From positions 1 to 13,271 of the forward strand of contig JAUNDF010000063.1 in NCBI GenBank assembly GCA_030526225.1: DNA of 13,271 nucleotides. The letters are read 5' to 3'. How positions within the stretch are numbered: position 1 is the first letter of the stretch; each line of letters starts with the position of its first letter. Below, piece by piece: positions 8,318 to 13,271 of this stretch. The DNA comes from Clostridia bacterium. Lineage in GTDB: Bacteria; Bacillota; Clostridia; Christensenellales; Aristaeellaceae. The position numbers were made by a program, and so were the translations under genes. The notes beneath the pieces were generated by a model. It saw only the letters and a program-made list of their open reading frames with translations. It ran no database searches and was not told the DNA's origin.

Positions 8318-9886
8318 ATGATGAAGAAGATTGCGGCACTTGTGCTTGCACTGTGCATGCTGACCATCTGCTTCGGCGCCTTTGCCGCGGGCAGCAACAG
8401 CACCATGAGAATCCTCGGCGGCTCCATCGCCCCGGATAACACCACCACCCTCAACGTGTTTATCCCCGTGACCACACCTGTCAGCGCTGATGAGCTGGAT
8501 GTGCAGGTGGACGGCACCCCCGTGACCATCACCCAGCTGACCGGCGTGCCCACCACCTGGGTGGTTCTGCTGGACAGCTACAGCGAATGGGGCCCTGAGC
8601 GCCTGGACCACATGAAGGATGTGGCGCTGGAAATCATCTCCAAGAACATGGGCAGTGCCGATAACGGTCTGGTCCTGACCGGCGGCAGCGCCTGGAAGAA
8701 CAGCAAGGATCTGCAGTTGGGCAACATCGGCACGGTGAAGGAGGCCATCAAGGCATTTGACGGCAAGAAGTCCGGTGTCACCCCCAATGTGCCTGCGCTC
8801 CATTTCCTCACCGATATGTGGGCCGTTGAGTACATCAACCCCCGCGTGTGTCTGGTGGTCATCAGTGACGGTGCCACGGTGGCCAAGTCCAGCTGGGACA
8901 GCGTGCAGGAAAAGCTGACCAGAACGGATGCCGCCCTGTACGGCATTGCGCTGGTGAAGAACAACGAAAAGCACAAGACCGATGCCCTCCGGACCGTGGC
9001 CGAAAGCAGTCAGGGCGGCAGCTTCTACCGCTATGACAAGAGCGTAAAGACTGAGGATGCGCAGAGCTTCTGCATCAACACCGCCGCCAACATTGTCACG
9101 GCCGAGGCCTGCCAGATGCGGCAGCTGAGCATTCCCGGCACTGTGTTTACCGCCGTACCCAGCCGCTACACCATCGCCCTGAAGAACTCCAATCCTCCGC
9201 TGGATGCCGAATATGTGCTGACCGAGAACGACAAGAAGGGCTACCGCATCGGTGAACCGGCCGAGGGCGAAGAAGCAACGGAAAACGCAGGCGGCGTCAT
9301 CGGTGCAAACGTGCCTGAGGCAGAAGATCCCTGGTACACGAAGACCGAATACCTGGTGGTGGCCGGTCTGGCGCTGGTGCTGGTCATTCTGCTGATTGTG
9401 CTGGTGGTATCCGGCAAGAAGAAGAAGGCCAAGGCTGCCGCTGCCGCCGCTGCTGCTGCCGCAGAAAAGGCAAAGCAGGAGCAGGCCGCTGCAACCGAGG
9501 TCAATGCACCCTCTGCCTTTGTGGCGGATGATGACGGCGGTGCCACTGAGGTTTTGACGCCTCCCGCCGGTGCCCGCCCCACCTGCCGCCTGCAGCTGGC
9601 ACAGGAGAACAGCAGCAACGTGTACACCGCCGAATTTGCCAAGAATCTGCTGGTTGGCCGCAGCTGCCAAAAGGCTGACCTGACCGTGTACCCCGAGGAC
9701 AAGAAGATTTCCGGCCTCAACAGCGAGTTCTCCTTCCACAATGGTGTCATGACCCTGAAGGACCGCGGCTCCACCAACGGCACCTTCCTCAACGGCTCCA
9801 AGCTTACCGGCGAGGTGCGCGTCAATCAGCATGACGTTGTGAAGATGGGCACCACCCGGTTCCGCGTTACCTGGACGGTACTGTAA
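8318..9886 (+). CDS. Signal peptide, a vWA-like extracytoplasmic domain, a TM helix, a Lys/Ala-rich juxtamembrane tract and a C-terminal FHA domain.
   Basis: The SD AAGAGG at 8305-8310 lies 7 nt before ATG 8318, which I prefer over the track's TTG 8297. The signal peptide reads MMKKIAALVLALCMLTICFGAFA. vWA-like strands are WVVLLDSYSE and CLVVISDG, but the MIDAS motif is not a canonical DxSxS, so the vWA call is moderate. The TM helix is YLVVAGLALVLVILLIVLVV (about 9350-9410). FHA motifs read LLVGRS...ISGLNS...DRGSTNGTFLNGSKL. The terminator is TAA. Confidence 0.8.
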   Translation: MMKKIAALVLALCMLTICFGAFAAGSNSTMRILGGSIAPDNTTTLNVFIPVTTPVSADELDVQVDGTPVTITQLTGVPTTWVVLLDSYSEWGPERLDHMKDVALEIISKNMGSADNGLVLTGGSAWKNSKDLQLGNIGTVKEAIKAFDGKKSGVTPNVPALHFLTDMWAVEYINPRVCLVVISDGATVAKSSWDSVQEKLTRTDAALYGIALVKNNEKHKTDALRTVAESSQGGSFYRYDKSVKTEDAQSFCINTAANIVTAEACQMRQLSIPGTVFTAVPSRYTIALKNSNPPLDAEYVLTENDKKGYRIGEPAEGEEATENAGGVIGANVPEAEDPWYTKTEYLVVAGLALVLVILLIVLVVSGKKKKAKAAAAAAAAAAEKAKQEQAAATEVNAPSAFVADDDGGATEVLTPPAGARPTCRLQLAQENSSNVYTAEFAKNLLVGRSCQKADLTVYPEDKKISGLNSEFSFHNGVMTLKDRGSTNGTFLNGSKLTGEVRVNQHDVVKMGTTRFRVTWTVL

Positions 9887-9893
9887 CAATACA

Positions 9894-9935
9894 CGCCGCC
9901 GCATGGCTGTGCTGTGCGGCGGTAAATTCCTTTTA
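9894..9935 (+). terminator. Candidate rho-independent terminator after the vWA-FHA gene.
   Basis: A perfect 8-bp stem pairs CCGCCGCA (9896-9903) with TGCGGCGG (9915-9922) around an 11-nt loop. A T-rich stretch TTCCTTTTAT (about 9927-9936) follows. It begins 8 nt after the TAA at 9884-9886. Confidence 0.55.
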
Positions 9936-9958
9936 TCATTGAAAGCGGGTGTTATTGT

Positions 9959-10864
9959 ATGTACAACAACCCTCAGCAAACGCTGGCAGGGCTTTGGGGC
10001 TTTGTTGCCGGCTATTTCGCGGTGATTGCCGTCATCAGTGCGGCCATTACGGTGCTGACCATCATCGGCTTGTGGAAGACCATTGCCAAAACAGGGGAGC
10101 CCGGCTGGAAGGCCCTCATTCCGATCCTGAATGAATATGTCCTGTGCGACCGCTGCTGGGAAAAGAACGCGTTCTGGGTGATGCTGGGCGTGGCCCTGGG
10201 CTGCGGTGTGCCCGTGGTGAACATCATCTGCAGTATTGCAATGGTGGTGCTGTGGGTGATGCTGTGCATCCGCATCAGCGCTGCCTTCGGCAAAGAGCTG
10301 CCCTTCGCCATCGGCATGATTTTCCTGCCCCCGGTGTTCTTTATGATTCTGGGCTTTGGCAGCAGCCGCTACATCGGCCCCTCCAGCTTCAAAATCCCCA
10401 CCCCCGTGCCGGAATACGGCAACAAGGCCAGGGCTGATTACAGGCCCGCAGTGGATGACATGGACAAAACCGTCCCCGCACCCCGTCCTGTCATGCCGCC
10501 CCCTGCCCCTGTGCAAGTCCCCGCGCCTGCTCCCGCAGAGCAGCACTATCATGTGCTGACGGTTGAAATGAAAAATGTGCACAGCGGCACCGTGTACAAA
10601 AAGTCCGTCAAGGGCAGCAAGCTGAATGTGGGCCGCAGTGCATCCAAGTCCCAGCTGGTCATCGCCGATGATGCCAAGCTGTCCGGTGCGCATATTCAGC
10701 TGAAGTGCAAGGACAACACCCTGTACATCACCGACCTTGAAAGCACCAACGGCACCGCCGTCAACGGCAAAAAGCTGACCCACACCGCCCCGCTGAAGCC
10801 CACCGACACGGTGACCATCGGCAAGGCACAATACACCATAAAATGGAAGTACAGCCTGAAATAA
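9959..10864 (+). CDS. DUF5684-like polytopic membrane domain, a Pro-rich linker and a C-terminal FHA domain.
   Basis: The sequence GLWKTIAKTGEPGWKALIPILNEYVL...ISAAFGKELPFAIGMIFLPPVFFMILGFGSSRY matches my recollection of the DUF5684 family signature. FHA motifs read LNVGRS...LSGAHIQL...DLESTNGTAVNGKKL. The SD before ATG 9959 is weak. The terminator is TAA. Confidence 0.85.
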   Translation: MYNNPQQTLAGLWGFVAGYFAVIAVISAAITVLTIIGLWKTIAKTGEPGWKALIPILNEYVLCDRCWEKNAFWVMLGVALGCGVPVVNIICSIAMVVLWVMLCIRISAAFGKELPFAIGMIFLPPVFFMILGFGSSRYIGPSSFKIPTPVPEYGNKARADYRPAVDDMDKTVPAPRPVMPPPAPVQVPAPAPAEQHYHVLTVEMKNVHSGTVYKKSVKGSKLNVGRSASKSQLVIADDAKLSGAHIQLKCKDNTLYITDLESTNGTAVNGKKLTHTAPLKPTDTVTIGKAQYTIKWKYSLK

Positions 10865-10885
10865 GGCGCGACAAGGAGGAGAACC

Positions 10886-13119
10886 ATGTCCAGCAAACTT
10901 AGACAAACCACCGCTCTCCTGCTTGCCCTTGTGCTGCTGATGGCAGCCATGCCCGCCGGGGCAGAGGTAAAGCTGTGGCGGTGCCAATATGATCAAACAG
11001 TTAATTTTGACACGAAATGCAGTGAGTGCGGAAGAAAAAAGGAGTATGCTATAATCAATCCCGCACAAGCGGTTATATCTGTTGATTTAAGAAAACGTAT
11101 GGCATATGAGCGATACGATATGAGTTATACCGGTCGTATCGATAGCTCATGGGAAGAATTAGGTTTAGAACCTGTTCCGTTGCATTATACAAAAGGCTAT
11201 ACATACTGCAAGCTGAAGGATGGAACCATAGAAATCTATAGAATAGATATTTCTTTCGGCGAAGAAAACTGTACCATTCCAGAAACCATTGATGGATATA
11301 AGGTTACTGCAATAGGTGACAATGCACTAGAATAGGGCTATGACCTGCAGACTGTTACCATCCCTGCTAGTATAACCTATATTGGAGGAAACCTACTCTG
11401 CAATGCAGATGAATTGAAAACAATCATTATTGATGGCGAGTCACAGTATCTTTAGGTTGTGGACGGCGTTTTGTTTACAAAGACAGATAAGCGTTTGGTG
11501 TGCTATCCGCCCAAGAAAGAAAACAAGCATTATTCAATTCCTGAAGGGACAAGGATATCGGTTCGACAGCGTTTGCCTATGCGCAGTTTTCTTCCTTGAC
11601 TATCCCTGACAGTGTGAAGGTGCTAGAGGATAACGTGTTTTATGAATGCGATAAGTTGGGCAGTGTTACTCTCCCAAGCAGTGTAGAGGCAATTGGTACG
11701 AATCCGGGATATGGTGACAAAGATTACAGAAGGAACAGAAGGACCAAAAGGCTGCCTATCAAGGTTGATAAGAAAAATCCATATTTTGAAACTGTCGATA
11801 ATTCACTGATTTCAAAAGTAGACAAGCGATTGATTAGTTGCTGGCAGACGGGTTCGTGTACAGTTCCTGATAGAACTGTAACTATCGGTGAAAAAGCATT
11901 TGCTTAGACTAAAGTTACAGAAGTTATTCTGCCTGATTCGGTCAAGAGCATAGAAAACAAGGCTTTCGAACGATGTGAACAGCTTACTGAAATCAGACTT
12001 CCGGAAAATTTGGAAAGCATAGGAGAATATGCATTTGCATCCTCCGGTTTGACATCTGTCACCTTTCCAACATCACTGCAAACAATTGGCGACAGGGCCT
12101 TCAGAGGAAGCAAGCTAAAGGAAATAGATTTTGGTGAAGGTTCTCCCCAATTGGGTGTTTAGGTATTTTCGTATAATGATAATTTAATAAATGTAGAAAT
12201 ACCCGGGAATATTAATCAATTGCCATTTTGTACCTTTAACAGTTGTGAAAATTTGGAACAGGTTTTGATACGCGAAGGCGTGAAGAACATTGGCAATCAG
12301 GCATTTTATTCTTGTGTGAGTCTGAAGAGCGTTATCATTCCTGACAGTGTCATAGGTAACAATATTTTTCAGGACTGTCCAAATGTGATTGCCACGGTAA
12401 ATGAAGGATCTTATGCGGAGTAGTATTGCAAAAACAATGGTATAAAGTATGTGCTTAACACAGAGTATGTACCTGCTGTGTTGGAAAATGCGCCCTACAA
12501 GCTGAATCTTCCCATTGCTGATGGTCACTATATAATGAAAATGATATATGGTGACAAATGCACAATCGAAATGGTAGATGTTCCATAGGGAGCACATGAA
12601 GCATGGATACGGACAACAGAAGGATATGACTATAGCTATGTTTATGGCAATTAGTTATATTTCGAATCGAATGAGTTCATGAAAGAGGGCACAAGCTTAG
12701 CATATGTGCTTGTGTATGATGACAACGATAATGTGTTGTATTCGTATCCTCTTGAGATTACGGCAACAAGCCCTAATGGAACGTTTGATGTAGCTGTTGT
12801 CAGCGTTGAACTGTTTGATGGGCCAACAGAAGAAGCAAAATGGGTCCGCATACAATGCAAAGCAGATTCTCGGGATGTGCAAAAAGCAATAACCTCGGGA
12901 GAAATCAAATCTCTTTCATGTAACGGTGGATTTGCGTTCACTGCTTTTGCGAGCAAGCCATATCTTGGTTAGGATAATAATTTGATTTTTTAGTATCAAC
13001 CGTCTTCAGATGAGGGAACTTTCAAGGTTGTGATGGATGTTTTTGCCAAAGGCTACAGCAATGCCGAAGTTACAGTGGAATACACTGTGAAAGATGGTGA
13101 ACTTACCTTCACCCCCTAA
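10886..13119 (+). CDS. Secreted BspA-type LRR (LRR_5) protein with an uncharacterised C-terminal beta-rich region. It is read through nine in-frame TAG codons and needs one -1 frame change near 11551, which may be an indel, an assembly error or pseudogenisation.
   Basis: The SD AAGGAGG at 10873-10879 lies upstream of ATG 10886. The signal peptide reads MSSKLRQTTALLLALVLLMAAMPAGA. LRR_5 motifs continue across the first five TAGs (11333-12421): AIGDNALE[TAG]GYDLQTVTIP, SQYL[TAG]VVDGVLFTKTDKRLVCYP, IGEKAFA[TAG]TKVTEVILPDSVKSIENKAFERC, LGV[TAG]VFSYNDNLINVEIP, EGSYAE[TAG]YCKNNGIKY. After the last four TAGs (12586, 12652, 12970, 12991) only the open frame continues. The frame is 2 up to 11551 and 1 afterwards. 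Frame 1 stays open, apart from TAGs, to TAA 13117-13119. I checked this codon by codon for 11881-12720 and 12961-13119 and relied on the supplied ORF track elsewhere. Confidence 0.65.
11540..11600 (+). other. Frameshift site within the LRR gene (frame 2 to frame 1, net -1).
   Basis: Frame 2 reads YSIPEGT and then degenerates (RISVRQRLPMRSFLP) to TGA 11597-11599. Frame 1 from 11551 reads KDIGSTAFAYAQFSSLTIPDSVKVLEDNVFYEC, which is the expected LRR_5 continuation. Frame 1 is closed upstream by TGA 11542-11544, so the switch must lie within 11545-11553. Confidence 0.75.
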
Positions 13120-13187
13120 GTCTCCCCCCACCTCTGCACCCCCTTCCCACCGCCACCCTACAACCACCCCCAAAGGAGGCAAAAACC

Positions 13188-13271
13188 ATGAATATGGAAG
13201 TTGCGATGTTTTTTATGGTTTTGGGTACACTCATCATTGCGCGAATGATTACCTCGTTTTTCAACAATGAC
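13188..13271 (+). CDS. Start of a small hydrophobic or membrane protein, 3'-truncated by the window edge.
   Basis: The SD AGGAGG at 13174-13179 lies 8 nt before ATG 13188. The product begins MNMEVAMFFMVLGTLIIARMITSFFNND. Only 28 codons are visible. Confidence 0.45.
   Translation, partial: MNMEVAMFFMVLGTLIIARMITSFFNND

Noticed and set aside
11047-11055. Perfect extended -10 element TGCTATAAT inside the LRR gene, preceded by AAGGAG.
   Set aside because: It lies inside an AT-rich coding region where such hexamers arise by chance. It has no matching -35 element and no downstream ORF start that would need it.
6096-11068. Very long minus-strand ORFs (6096..8351, 751 aa; 8204..11068, 954 aa), plus 2468..3232, 3533..4573 and 5169..5861 on the minus strand.
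   Set aside because: These are shadow ORFs typical of GC-rich coding DNA. Their translations are low-complexity G/A/H/V/R-rich sequence with no motifs. The + strand at the same positions encodes clear kinase, PP2C, FHA and protease motifs with SD sites.
11545-11553. Programmed -1 ribosomal frameshift in the LRR gene.
   Set aside because: There is no slippery X_XXY_YYZ heptamer and no obvious downstream stem-loop. A 1-nt indel in an A run explains it more simply.
12184-12597. Minus-strand ORF of 137 aa in the AT-rich LRR region.
   Set aside because: The translation is aromatic and Ile-rich nonsense with no SD. It lies antisense to clear LRR_5 repeats on the + strand.
1481-12993. Interpreting the TAG-interrupted genes as ordinary pseudogenes.
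   Set aside because: All 13 interruptions are TAG and none is TAA or TGA. Domain and repeat motifs remain intact and in frame after most of them (eight of 13). The affected genes keep SD sites, signal peptides and catalytic motifs. Only the single frameshift at about 11551 looks like damage.
1481-12993. Pyrrolysine as the amino acid encoded by TAG.
   Set aside because: No pyl genes or methylamine methyltransferases lie in the window. The TAGs occur in unrelated protein families at variable polar positions, and one aligns to Gln in a paralogue. This is downgraded rather than excluded, because the rest of the genome is unseen.
1-13271. tRNA, rRNA and CRISPR arrays, transposase or integrase genes, and DGR template/variable repeat pairs.
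   Set aside because: By eye I saw no cloverleaf-like intergenic segments, no regularly spaced repeats, no recombinase or reverse-transcriptase motifs and no long near-identical repeat pairs. The intergenic space is too small (the largest gaps are about 200 nt at 2255-2455 and about 70 nt elsewhere). A computational scan would still be worthwhile.

Overview
This 13.3 kb window is bacterial in style, with Shine-Dalgarno sites and tightly packed genes. All credible genes lie on the + strand. The long minus-strand ORFs are GC-rich shadow frames. The core (2456-10864) is an operon-like phospho-threonine signalling cluster. It holds two tandem PP2C phosphatases (one soluble, one membrane-anchored), a Hanks-type Ser/Thr kinase and five proteins that each end in an FHA domain. 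Those five are a secreted trypsin-like protease-TM-FHA, a small soluble FHA protein, the kinase itself (Zn-ribbon-kinase-RDD-FHA), a signal-peptide vWA-like-TM-FHA and a DUF5684-membrane-FHA protein. Two BspA-type leucine-rich-repeat (LRR_5) surface-protein genes flank the cluster.

The most striking observation concerns the genetic code. Four genes are interrupted only by TAG, at 13 in-frame sites, and recognisable domain or repeat sequence continues in the same frame after most of them. None of the 9 visible gene ends uses TAG (7 TAA, 2 TGA). One TAG in PP2C-1 aligns without gaps to a CAA (Gln) codon in the adjacent paralogue PP2C-2. I therefore annotate TAG as a sense codon, probably Gln (translation table 15-like). 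This pattern is known mainly from amber-recoded phages and could not be verified here, because no tRNA or release-factor gene lies in the window.

The window is also compositionally mosaic. Low-GC blocks sit inside otherwise roughly 60-70% GC genes and always fall in predicted extracytoplasmic segments. The downstream LRR gene additionally carries one frameshift. Domain calls are from motif recognition by eye, not database searches.
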